Assembly (NCBI GenBank): GCA_018985235.1
Contig: JADGIG010000041.1
Span: 1-34,079, forward strand
Source of the DNA: Sanchytrium tribonematis
Lineage: Eukaryota
Length of the DNA stretch: 34,079 nucleotides
Reading direction: 5' to 3'
Below, piece by piece: positions 19,750-30,574 of this stretch. The notes beneath the pieces were generated by a model, which saw nothing but the letters and a program-made list of their open reading frames with translations, was not told the origin of the DNA and did not search any database. Numbering within the stretch: position 1 is the stretch's first letter; each line of letters starts with the position of its first letter. The translations under genes were made by a program, and so were the position numbers.

Positions 19750-21559
19750 TTGAGTTTGTAAATGCCGTTTACAATTTCAGGGGGATTTTGAAGAAATTTG
19801 CAAAAAAATTATTTTTTTTAAAGGTTAAATGCATTTCGCAACCTCCCTAATGTCTCACATAATGGTAGTCTTACTATTGCTGTTGAAAATGAAGACACGT
19901 GGTTCCCGGTAAGATAATGGGAAATCTCATGAACTGAATAGTCTCTTGTTTTTATGTACTCCTTGGCATTGTTGATCACAACCTCTTTTACTTCTGTTGT
20001 TTCAGGATTGGAACAATACTTTGTCACATAATTGCAAATAAAATCTTTGCAAACAATCTTTATGTCCATATTTCTTTGCCATCTTATTAACCATGGCGGA
20101 TGATAATCATTAATCCACTGATCTTTTGTTTTTCGTTCTATTAAGAAGCGATTAATAAGTGGATCGTAGTATGATCTATATTCAATTGGTTTTGGAGACC
20201 CAAATTTACAGGTACCTTTTTCCGTCAAGCAATATGGACCATGAGTATGTTTTTGATGATATCGGACAAGCGCATCAAAGCATCATCTTGGAAGCTAGGC
20301 TGAAATGCTTTGATTCCTCCAAGTAGTTCGTTATAGTCTTTTGAGTTATCTAGCCAAAAAAGCAAGTGCATATGAACCGAACCACGCTTTTGTAATTCAA
20401 ACCTTTGAAAATATTGGGTAACTTTTTTGCGCATATATCCATCCTTAATTATATATTTGTGCATAGATTGTAGTCTTTCATAGCAATAATGGTTAGTAAG
20501 AACAGGATTTGCTGTATACCAAGTTTCATTAGAACCAGGCTGCCTGCTAAACTTTTTTAAATAATCTAATAGTGGCGGCCAAGTTGACTCTGAACAAGAA
20601 AAAGTAACAAAAAAATGAGGTGTTCCAAAATGTTTGTTCGAATGTTATTTTCCCTAATTTGGCTTTTTACGATAAAATCAAAATGAGAAAATAACCAATC
20701 ATTAAAATTACGAAATCGACTGTACAGATTAAAAATCATATTTCGCAGTATCATAGCTCTACCAGTGATTTTATCTGGAATAAAATGTCTCCCTTTAACA
20801 TATAAGTATAGAAAAAGTCGATACATCTTCCTTTACTCCATGTCTAATTGCTTCCCCAACTGGCAAACTTCTGATGCCAGAGTCAGAGTCTTCCATTCCT
20901 GCATTTTCAAAAGTTTTTTCATCGTCTATTGTAAACACCTCACGGCTAGATTTACCAAACAAATTTGATTTCTCAGGAAAACTAAAAAATCTAGAGTCTC
21001 TTTTGGATGCTTATAATTAGAATAGATTGGGTTATTTTTAATAAGGTTGGAGTTTTTGATCATAATCGTAAAACCCATTTTTTGGTACTTTTCAAGCAAA
21101 TCTCGTGTATTTTCGCACGCTAGCCAGGCAAAATAAGAAATATAATAGCAAAAGTTTTTTGGATATCCGCACCAAAACGATTATTCAAAGTATTGCCATC
21201 ATACAGAAATTGACACAAACTTAAGTAATGGTTTATTTGAATTTTGCTGATTATGTAAGTCGAATTTGTCTGCGGAATAATGATTTGTTGTTCGTGCTAA
21301 GGAAGCGAAGAATCTGATACAAATCTCATGTCACCATAAACACCGCAAGAGTTACGATATTTTTGACTCGTCTGGGCCACAGATAGACCAGGCAAAATAT
21401 AATCTATAAATTTAGGTGTTGTAATAAACTCAGAGTGCTTTTGGTATAATCCCTCATCTAAGTATGGAGACAGACGTGGAAAACAAGATGCCCAAGATAC
21501 AAATAATATGCACACCAATTGACAATGTCATAAATAGTAAATTCATGTGACAAATTTAT

Positions 21560-22293
21560 AATGATTGAGTTACCCATCCTTTTTTAGTATATCTCATAAT
21601 GCAATCTTCTTTGATCTCAATGCTAATTTAGCTGCACTTGTTGTTGCATTTACAATAAATGGTTTTATTTTTGATCCATTCTTCTTATTTGCAATCATTG
21701 AAACCACTAAAAATAGGGGTTTTGCACCTTTTTTGGCAACAGTTTTTGATTTCCCAAAATCCATACATATAGCAGTTTAATCCATAAATAAAATATTATC
21801 TTCCGTATAATTTGCAGATTCTTTTCTAACATCATGAATGTATTGTGTAGCTGAATTTACTAGTTCCATATTTTCTTTTTAGTGGATTGTGTAGTTGATC
21901 TGTTGACTAATCCATTTCTTTTTAGCATTATTTTGTACCAGTTTAATGATATTTTGAAAGGTCCATCAAATACACATTGTAATTCCTGGTTTTCAATCCA
22001 TTTTTTAATCAATTCATAATTAATAATCATTTTGCCTACAATCATAAACTTAATTCATTCAATAGTAATCTCTTCGATACTTGCAAATTTCATATTATGT
22101 CCAAGTGGTACCATTTTACGCGATTCTCTCGCTTTAAAATTTAAATATTTTGCGCATTTTTTCTCCAATCTCGAATTGTATTTGGAGTTGTGTTATATTT
22201 TCTTAAAATTTCTTTTAAAGATTGACTTTGAATTTCTAGATAAGTTAAAGCTTTTCTTTTAGTCTTTACTGGTGTCTGCTTTTTGTTCGCCAT
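21560..22293 (-). pseudogene. pogo/Tigger (CENP-B-like HTH + DDE_1) transposase remnant
   Basis: FKISLNWYKIMLKRNGLVNRSTT, ILFMD*TA..TVAKKGAK, GSKIKPFIV and KKGWVT. The 3' boundary is approximate. Confidence 0.7.
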
Positions 22294-22433
22294 TTGTTTG
22301 TGACAAAAAATATTTACTAAAGTCTATTTAGAGGGGGGTTGAATAGGTTATTTGGTCGAAATATAATAGAGAAATTTGGTGACAACACATTGGATTTAGA
22401 AGGACTTAATGAGGCAGGAATTACTAAAAAACG

Positions 22434-22790
22434 TTGTGTGGATTTTGTTTGTTTTTGGATTACGACTTTTGGGAGACTGTTAAAAGGGAAACAAGTGATT
22501 TTGCACTTAGAAAGGCACATGCCAGAGTGCACCAGGGTCACAATTTGCAGCAACAAATGGAGCAATTGCCAGACATTACAGTGCACATGATTAAAACATT
22601 TTTTGGGGTTTCTGTTATTTGTAAGTGAATTCCATTCGTTTTTTAAAGCAAATTGGTTTAGTAAGTGGGGTCATGATCCCATTAAAAAAGTATTTACTCG
22701 TGAGGACTATTTTATCTTTTGAGACCACTTCATTTATTTAACAATGTCATATCTAATCAAGCAGCTGATCGATTTGAAAAGTGCGTTTGA
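22434..22790 (+). pseudogene. Degenerate integrase-like fragment (H2C2 zinc-binding region), possibly Ginger-type
   Basis: KAHARVHQG...ITVHMIKTFFGVSVICK and downstream QLIDLKS resemble the HHCC region and the start of an rve core. Heavily decayed. Confidence 0.35.
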
Positions 22791-22817
22791 TTCCAATGCA
22801 ACAATACTCAAAATTAA

Positions 22818-25800
22818 TGTACAGACAACAAATGCTATCAGAAGCATCTATTTTTTAACATCAAATTGATATTTACGACGCGAGCATAGAAATGGAGCAT
22901 GTAGTCCCAATATGGGAACTGCATTGACCCCCAAAATATTGGTAATATATGAGAACCAATCACAACCATCGTCAGAACACGTGATTGGTACAAGGGGTTC
23001 CCAAAACAGATAAATATCGGCTCTCCCCTCCACTTCAACATGGTAGCGAGTGAACAAAACAATCAACCAACAAACCACGAACAACAAATTGAATCTCCGA
23101 TTCAACAAACACCTCAAGTTACAATGGGAACATTGACATTTGGGCACAGCACACTGTGGAAGATAACATCAATGACCAAAATCCTCCAAAGTGGATGTAG
23201 ATAACTTTGATCCACATAAAGATGACGTTGACGATTGATTGGACATGATGGAAGAATTTGGTTACGATTTGAAATGGAGTCCAACACGATTTCACAGGGA
23301 GACCAAATTACGATTGACATCAGGAGTTTTAAAGAAAGTCAAAAACGCTGAAGGAAATTATGACAGCCTAAAAGCTGAATTATCGCTTGAATTTCGCGCA
23401 CCGCGTAACGATTTGAAATACACAGCCGATTTCTTTTCAATAAACCAGCGATTGAACCAATCAATTTTAAAATACAATCAAGCATTGATTGAAAAGTACG
23501 AGAAATGTCACTTTGAAGTGGAGTACACGAGTTCAGCAATTGATGAAGATCCTACTGATTTAGAAACGATGATGAAAGAATTCAAAGAGATGAAGAAAAG
23601 TATTGAACAAATTACTAAGTATCCTAGTCCTGGCCAAATGCATCCACCACCTTGGGTGAAGTCCAACAGCGTCAACGATTTTGTTAAAGACTTTAAATAC
23701 AATATTCCCGGATTTGATGAAAAGAGAGACAAAATTTAAAGTTGGCTTTCTAAAATGGAAGACAATAAGGAACTACTTGGTGGGGATCAGGACAGACTAT
23801 AAAAAGAAGTCAAATTAAGACTACCATCATCCCTGTTCAAACAAATTTTTGGAATTGAAACCGCCAAGCAATGATATAAAATTCACCAACAAATTTTTCC
23901 GCTTGTCTCAGAGACAAAATCAATCAATTCCGCAGTATATGAAAGTGCTCAAAGAAATTCACCAGAAATGTAATTTTGATACAGAGCATCCAAATGAATG
24001 TGTAATTTTCTTTCGAAAGTTTTGTTCATCGCTTTAAGACTCCAGAATTATGAGACAGATAAAAGCAGAATACTCACAAGATCGATGCAAGAACTTTCGC
24101 GATGCGTACGAGTTGGCAATTAACTTACAGTCAAAAGCGACAAACTCTTTTAAGACCAATCATTCCTAATAAGCGAAAGTTTGCAAATGACAAAATCTTC
24201 TTAAAAAATCAAAAGAAAGCCTTTAAAAGTTACGAGAACAAAGATTCCGTTCAACAAAAACCTTATTATCAAGGAAAGTCATTTAAAGGAAAACAGCCTT
24301 TTAAAAAGCACCCTCGAAGCGAATTTAAGCAAGTAAATAATTCAGCTTATGTCGATCACTCTTGTGAGGTTCTTGTTAAGATTAATAATTTGATATGTGC
24401 AGTTTTATTGGATACAGGCGCAAGTCATTGTTTTATGGACAAAGAAGAAGCAAATGATTTGGGATTAAAAATGCGACCTGCGAAATTAAAATCCACTGAA
24501 CTACCAACGGCTTAAATCTTAACATTTTAGGCTTTGTACAATGTAATGTTTACTACGGAAGTACAGCCGTAAAACAGAATTTTCATGTCATTAAAAATTT
24601 GACAAACGATATCATCATTGGCAGAGACAGCATTAGACTTCAAAATATGAAGATCGATTTTGAACGATACTTCATATGGATTAATGGAATTCCAATACGT
24701 ATGAATCGTAGTACAAACCGCTGTTTTAAACTACGAAAGTACTATTAAAAACAGTAAATCGGAGCAATTTCGAATACTAGAAATATATACACAGTGAAGA
24801 TAATCGGCTGCCAAATGAAAACGGTGAGAATACTATTAATGAGCTAGTTATAAATCGGGAATTGTCAGAAATATATCAGAGCGCTTTATTTAATATAGTG
24901 AACAAATATACATTACTTTTCGGAATGGAGTCTAAAACAAGTGTTAAAACTAGACTAAGTACTAGAGAATGTGAAAAAGTGAGAGACGAATGTGATAAGA
25001 TGTTACAAAATGACGTCATTGAGCCGTCTAATTCGGATTGGAGATCTGCAGTGGTTTTAATGCCAAAACCAGATGGATCTATTCAATTTTGTGTAAACTA
25101 TAAGCAATTAAACAAACACAGGAAATTTGACCCGTATCCATTACCGAATCCACATTTTCTACTTGACAAACTAAACGGATCCAAATGTTTTATTTCTTTA
25201 GATCTGAAATCGGGATATTGGCAAATTTGTGACACCATTTGGGCTTAATCAATTCAAAGTAAAGCCATTTGGATTATCAACCGCTCCGGCACAGATGCAA
25301 GTAAATACGGAATCGGAGCCGTATTAGCTCAATATAAATGTATGGTTTTTATCAAGAGTATTACAGGGTGCTGAGACCAACTATGATGTCAGAGAGAAAG
25401 AATGCTTAGCAATTCTATTTGCACTTGATAAGTTTAGGCCATTTATGTATGGTACTACTGTTACAGTATTTACAGACCACGGTAATCTCAGATGGCTCTT
25501 TTCAAATTGCAAAGATAGTAGCAGACGCGTTTAGTAGATATGGTTACGAGCCATCCACTTCTCAGCTTAATAATATGAAATTAAGGTCACGAACTAATTC
25601 TGATACGAACGACAAACTTGTAATAGACCCAAATATTAAAAAAATCATTGGAGTCTAGAGCAAAGTAAAGATTTAGTATTACAAGATTTGATTAAGAACA
25701 ACACAGGAGATATTCAAGATATGAAAAGAATTTTATACAAGATTAATCGATGTAGTGAAAAAATATATGTCCCCGAACAGTTGGTTGACATTATTCTATC

Positions 25801-26090
25801 TATAGCACATAGTAGCGATATATCCGCGCACGCTGGTTTTGCTCAAGTGTCGATATACTTGAATGATTTGGAATAGGATTCGCAAATTTATTAAAAGCTG
25901 CGAAACTTGCCTAATGGCAAAAGCACCTAGTATAGAACATCATTAGAAAGAATTTATATCGATTTTAAGGGATCTTCACCAATTAGTACCTTTAATTACG
26001 ATCAAGAATACAAATATCTGTTCACCATCTTAGATGATGCAACTAGATTTATGAACGCAGTACCCGTCTCCCGAATACGAGCAATTGAAG
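22818..26090 (+). mobile_element. Ty3/Gypsy LTR retrotransposon remnant (LTR-PBS-gag-PR-RT-RH-IN), internally deleted
   Basis: LTR end ...TCAACA at 23040 followed by PBS TGGTAGCG. Protease LLDTGASHCF, RT VVLMPKPDGSIQFCVNYKQLN and LDLKSGYWQI, RNase H TDASKYGIGAVL and NYDVREKECLA, integrase H..H/CETC and YLFTILDDATRF. The LTR start is approximate. Confidence 0.88.
23041..23048 (+). other. Primer-binding site complementary to the initiator tRNA-Met 3' end
   Basis: TGGTAGCG directly after ACA, the same first 8 nt as the yeast Ty1/Ty3 PBS. Confidence 0.65.
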
Positions 26091-26249
26091 GAGTTTAGTG
26101 AATTTATTAAAATTGCCGATATAACAACACTTGGACCGTCACAACAACTCCAATTTCTTTAATCAAAGACTTTTCACGTGAACAAAAGATATATTTCGGG
26201 TTTAAATGTAAGAAATATAAATCAATATAACTCACAGAAATGTAATCCA

Positions 26250-27575
26250 ATGATGTCCCATACGAATATTAGTATATCTGACATAGAATCAGAATTTTAA
26301 CGACACAATGGTGATTGTCACAATGTAACTATATATTAAAGCATCTACCATCTAGGAAAACTTATGGGAGAAACGATATACCAAATGAAGCCATATCTAG
26401 TGGTCCGACAATACTAATTGATATTCTCCTTTATATTTTACAAGTGATGATTGATACTGGATTTGTACCAGATCAATTTGGTAATAGTACGCTGATTCCA
26501 GTACCAAAAGTAGCGATTCCCGCTTCTATGGATCAATAAAGAGGTATTAGTTTGCTTTACACTCTAAGGATGCATTAAGACATTTAGAATCTCTTCTTAA
26601 TTCTAGAAATCGGTAGGGTCAGATTGTTCAATTTATTGAATTGATTGATTTAAGAAAAGCGTATGACACAATTAATCGTGTTATTCTCTTGAAATTGTTC
26701 AACGTCTGTAATCGATATCTTGTAAGAATTGCTTTAATTATCTTAAGAATTACCAGTCAAACTCTTTATTTATTGCAGTCATATTATGATCCTTTAGTGA
26801 CAAGTTCTGGTATTCCTCAAGGATCAAGTAAGAGATATCTAGGATATTATATTAAACTCACTGGAATTGATGTGCACATGGTTTTTAAAAAGAAATTAAA
26901 ATCAATTAGTGCTAAAATGCAGCAATTAATATGTCTTGGTGTCTTTAGAAATGGGCTTCCCCTGGATATATGCGGCACCCTGCTTACTTCCCATCTTACC
27001 CCTACCATTGATTTTACCATGTATGTTATCAAATTCTCACCAAATCTACATGCTCAGTTAGAAGCTGTTGTTAGAAAACATCTGGAACTAATAAGGGGTT
27101 CAAAAATGTCAATGCCCAGACTTTTGGGGCAAAATTAATTTTATTTCAAATTATAGCATTTTAAATGACAATAAAGGATCAGTTACAATAGCTAATAATT
27201 TAATTGTTGGTCACGATCATTCCAAATATTCCTATTCTTATCATTTTAAAAAATTAATAATAATTTAACGAATATTCCCGTAATTCAATGGATAAAAGGA
27301 CATTCAGGTTATTATCTTAATGAAAGAGCTGATCAATTGGCAAAATCGTGTCATCAAGCTCCATTTAGACCTTTTTATTCAGTTTCAAAAACATATCTAT
27401 TTATTTGAGTATAAAATTGACTTAGAATCATGCAGTAATAATCAACTATGCATTTTAGAGCGAAGAATTGGTAGATTTGTACAAACTTACAATCTACATT
27501 AACTAACAATAGGTGTTTACATTTGTCATTGGCATTTGACGACCCCTTCAATAAATATTATTATTATTATTATTA
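26250..27575 (+). mobile_element. Non-LTR retrotransposon (LINE) remnant with RT, RNase H and (TAT)n tail
   Basis: RKTYGRNDIPNE, LIPVPK, RGISLL, IDLRKAYD, GIPQGS and RYLG. RNase H IQWIKGHSG..NERADQLAK at about 27283-27345. AATAAA followed by (TAT)6 at 27556-27573. Confidence 0.85.
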
Positions 27576-28116
27576 CTAATCTTTATGTAAAAAGATAACA
27601 GACTTTTCATCTGATAAAGACCCAAAACAATTTAATTTTCGAAAAATTTTACAAAAGGTTTCTAAAATTAGCTCAATTACGCCTAAAATAAGTCAAAATT
27701 AGGCAATATTGGGAGGTTCTAGCCAAACAGGTGTAAAGTAAGCTAATATCAATATTTAGGATCAACAAACAGTATTCCCCTACCACTACATACGAGACAA
27801 TGAAAATTAGTCCCAATCAAGGTGTTTCTTAGCATATTTTGGGCACTTTTGAATGAAATACCCGCGCATCAATTAGTTTTCCATAAGGCACCCAATCATA
27901 TATTTTATTCCCAGACTAGATGGTTTTGACCCAGAGCGGACAATCACAGCTATTCAGCGGACATTCGAGTGTCACAGCTGAATTTTCGTCGTTCCATGTC
28001 AAAATGGAGGCGTTCGCTATTTAAAAGTACACAGACCACACGGGGATACAACGTGTTACCCCTTGTGTGACTAAAATTACCATAAATAGAGACATTCCCT
28101 CTTTTTGGATATTGAA

Positions 28117-28665
28117 ATGACAAGTCAAAATAATTCCATGCCAATCTCGCCTAAAACAACTCCAATCAAGCAACCACCAGTTGGATCTACAAATCCAGAG
28201 GATTTTGCAACTGGTCTGCCACCAATTGACTCCAATCAAACAACTCCAATCTCAAGAAATGCGAAAGCAAAAGCTCGAAGATTCAAGCAAAAATACGATA
28301 CTGACAAATTAAACTCAGCATTGGCTCAAATCAGATTCCAATGTCGTCAAATTTTAAAATCTGCGCATTTAGATGAAGGCCCAAGAGCTTCCAAAGAGAT
28401 TAATGAGGTTGTGGATGCTGGGATTGAGGCAATGAAAGAGCAATTGGAAGAAGAGTTTGACGTCAAAAAAACAAGCGGCTTCAAAATTACTAGAATTGGG
28501 TCAAACACAGACTGGAATTACCAGATGTTGTTTAAAACTTATTTTGTTGCTGATGATTTAGTGTTCTTGGAGCCAATGAAAAATATTGGAAATACATTTG
28601 CCTTTCGTGATTATATTAAAAATGCGAAAAAAAAATCTCAATCACATCTTCTACAAATATATTGA
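28117..28665 (+). CDS. Intact 182-aa ORF with a divergent chromodomain-like C-terminus
   Basis: Pro/Thr-rich N-terminus, basic patch, and C-terminal FKITRI...YQMLF...DLVFLEPMKNIGNTFAFRDY. CCC motif upstream of the ATG. Followed by a PPT and an LTR start. Confidence 0.5.
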   Translation: MTSQNNSMPISPKTTPIKQPPVGSTNPEDFATGLPPIDSNQTTPISRNAKAKARRFKQKYDTDKLNSALAQIRFQCRQILKSAHLDEGPRASKEINEVVDAGIEAMKEQLEEEFDVKKTSGFKITRIGSNTDWNYQMLFKTYFVADDLVFLEPMKNIGNTFAFRDYIKNAKKKSQSHLLQIY

Positions 28666-28690
28666 ATAAAAATAAATGGTTAAGCAAAAA

Positions 28691-28775
28691 AAAATAAGAG
28701 TGGGGAATGTAACAGGAATGTCATCTAGAACATTCTACATTCCAGTTATAAAGGAATCTCCCCCCCCCCCCCCCA
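28691..28775 (+). other. Polypurine tract and start of a 3' LTR (TGTAACA at 28708)
   Basis: AAAATAAGAGTGGGGAA is immediately followed by TGTAACAG, then TATAAAG and a poly-C run. The LTR end is not identified. Confidence 0.5.
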
Positions 28776-28779
28776 TAAA

Positions 28780-29790
28780 TACCTTTCCCCCTTTATAATT
28801 CGAGCGAGAAAAAGGAAGACATAAATTTTCCAAGCCTAAGCCGGAATTTTCATGACCGATATAAGTCTGATCAACAGTTTCATGAACAAGAAAAAAAGCC
28901 TTGTTACAAAGGTAAATCTGCAAAAGGAAAAAGATCTTTTAAAGGGAAATCTGGATTAAATCAAATAAACCAGAATGAATCCTACTCAAACATTTCTTGT
29001 TGTAAAGTCTTAAGGTCGCATGAGCTACCCATAGTTTTATTGAGCAAAGTCTGGGGAATAACTTGGGACTAGCCATCAAACGATCTAGCACTATATTAGC
29101 TGATAGAAGCACGCTTGATATATTAGGATTAGTAAGCATTCCAATACAGTTAAGCAGCGCACCTCACATATTTTGTTTCAGGATAGTGCCACAGCTTACT
29201 TGTGGAATTATTATTGGAAGAGATATGATGAAGGTACACAGTATCTTAGTGGACAATATCAACCCCAATTAGGATGAAAAGGTCCGCACAAGAGACTGCA
29301 ATCCACACTAGCCTTCTGCTATATGCTACAGAGAAAAACCATCAAAAACCAAGTTTTCGATATCAATATATCAAGAAAGATGTTGCAAACGATTATGACA
29401 ATCACTCAATCAATATTCCAGTACCTGATTTGGGTGACGAATCAAATAAAGTGGAAGACATTGTCATAAACGAAAACTTATCAGACAAACAAAAATGACA
29501 AATTCGGAACCTGGTACAGAAATTTAAAGATTTATTTGGAAAAGACACTCCTGGACGAATGAAAATAAGACACCACATTAGGACTACAACGTCTCCACCA
29601 ATAAGAGCGGGAATTTCTAGATGATGAAATGCTAGCAAATAAGGTAATTGAAAAGTCAAAATCAGACTGGCATTTCCCAGTAGTGCTAATGCCAAAACTT
29701 GATAAGACAGTCCGTTTTTGCATCAATTTCAAAACCTTGAATCAGGTCCTAAAGTTTGATGGTATCCCTAGCCTCATTTAGACGCGTAAT
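28780..29790 (+). mobile_element. Second Ty3/Gypsy remnant (gag end, protease, RT start)
   Basis: KPCYKGKSAKGK (similar to the gag end of the element at 24.3 kb), ATHSFI..ILADRST, IIIGRDMM and SDWAFPVVLMPKLDKTVRFCINFKTLN. Confidence 0.8.
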
Positions 29791-29969
29791 AATTTGAGCA
29801 AACAATTCGGTACCAACGGATTAGAAGATGAAAAGTGGATATTCTCACTATCATGTTAATAAAAAGGGTAGATGTATGTACTGCTGTATGGGGAAAAAGC
29901 AGATCTATTAATTGCTGAATCTCAGCATTTGTAATTTTACTTTAAGGCACTAAAGGAATATAGCCTATC

Positions 29970-30345
29970 CCTGTGTACAACACATCTTTTTCCCTGAAAA
30001 ATTGGGACCCTAATAATTGAATTTATTGATGGGTTCTCCATTTTTTTACATGACCAATTCATAGTTGCGCTTGAAATGCTCGGCTATTTTCTTCAATAAA
30101 TCGTAATCCACATTATCCCACAATTCCATCACAGTATTTTGCAAATTCACTTTTTTGTTGGGACAACCGCTTTTCTTAACCTTTCGTGAAATAACTGCCC
30201 ATTTGGCATGTCAGGTAAGCGTGGTAGGCCAGTTCAAAACTGTGATTTTATTTATTGGAACCAAAAATCGCGGATTTATGCTTGTGACACGGCGCATTGT
30301 CCTGTTAAAAAATGGGATTAAAACTTGATTTGGCATGATTTCACT
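29970..30345 (-). pseudogene. Tc1/mariner transposase C-terminal remnant
   Basis: F*QDNAPCH at about 30283-30310, LNWP and a C-terminal MELWDNVD helix. Truncated by the adjacent LTR. Confidence 0.65.
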
Positions 30346-30352
30346 TACAAAA

Positions 30353-30574
30353 AGTTGGTGAACAACAGACAGTTGAACAAACAAACGAAAATCAAAAAGA
30401 AAGAAAAAATTGAGAAGATCGAAAAAGAAAAAAAATCAAGTAATGAGTCTAAGCCTTGGGGAACTGCACGGTGTCCACGCTGAAACAATAAATAAATGCT
30501 TCTCTTCATTGTAGCGAGGATCTCGAAGATCCGCCCCCTCCAGCAGAGTCTGGCAGTCCTCCAGTTCACCAACT
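30353..30574 (+). repeat. 5' LTR of the third Gypsy element, with 11-bp terminal inverted repeats
   Basis: AGTTGGTGAAC (30353-63) and GTTCACCAACT (30564-74). Internal AATAAA. PBS-like TGGCTCTCC starts at 30574. Confidence 0.7.

Larger units (their letters stand above)
17991..19848. mobile_element. PIF/Harbinger-superfamily transposon (1858 bp) inserted in RepHel
   Basis: Perfect 23-bp TIRs AGGGAGGTTGCGAAATGCATTTA, 3-bp TSD AAT (17988-90, 19849-51), and two convergent genes. Excision restores RepHel LPLCETLIEKRYLK in frame. Confidence 0.93.
14237..21050 (-). mobile_element. Helitron (rolling-circle transposon) with probable three-gene cargo; termini not determined
   Basis: RepHel plus three abutting, similarly decayed genes (gaps of 1, 139 and 35 bp). 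Cargo status is inferred from adjacency. Confidence 0.6.
16281..21050 (-). pseudogene. Helitron Rep/PIF1-helicase (RepHel) gene, fragmented and carrying two nested insertions
   Basis: N-terminal LIKNNPIY. Rep motifs GTPHFFVTFSCSESTWP, FELQKRGSVHMHLLFWL (HUH) and YVTKY. PIF1 motifs GGPGTGKS, TASTGIAA, GTTVHS, NLDVKSGLVNGSIG, AYALTIHRIQGMTL and QLYVAISRV. The Walker B region appears deleted, and the 5' start is not defined. Confidence 0.92.

Noticed and set aside
28708..28908. Complete 201-bp LTR bounded by TGTAACA...TGTTACA
   Set aside because: No TSD, and the TGTTACA lies in gag-like coding (KPCYKGK) resembling the other Gypsy element, so the right end is probably coincidental.
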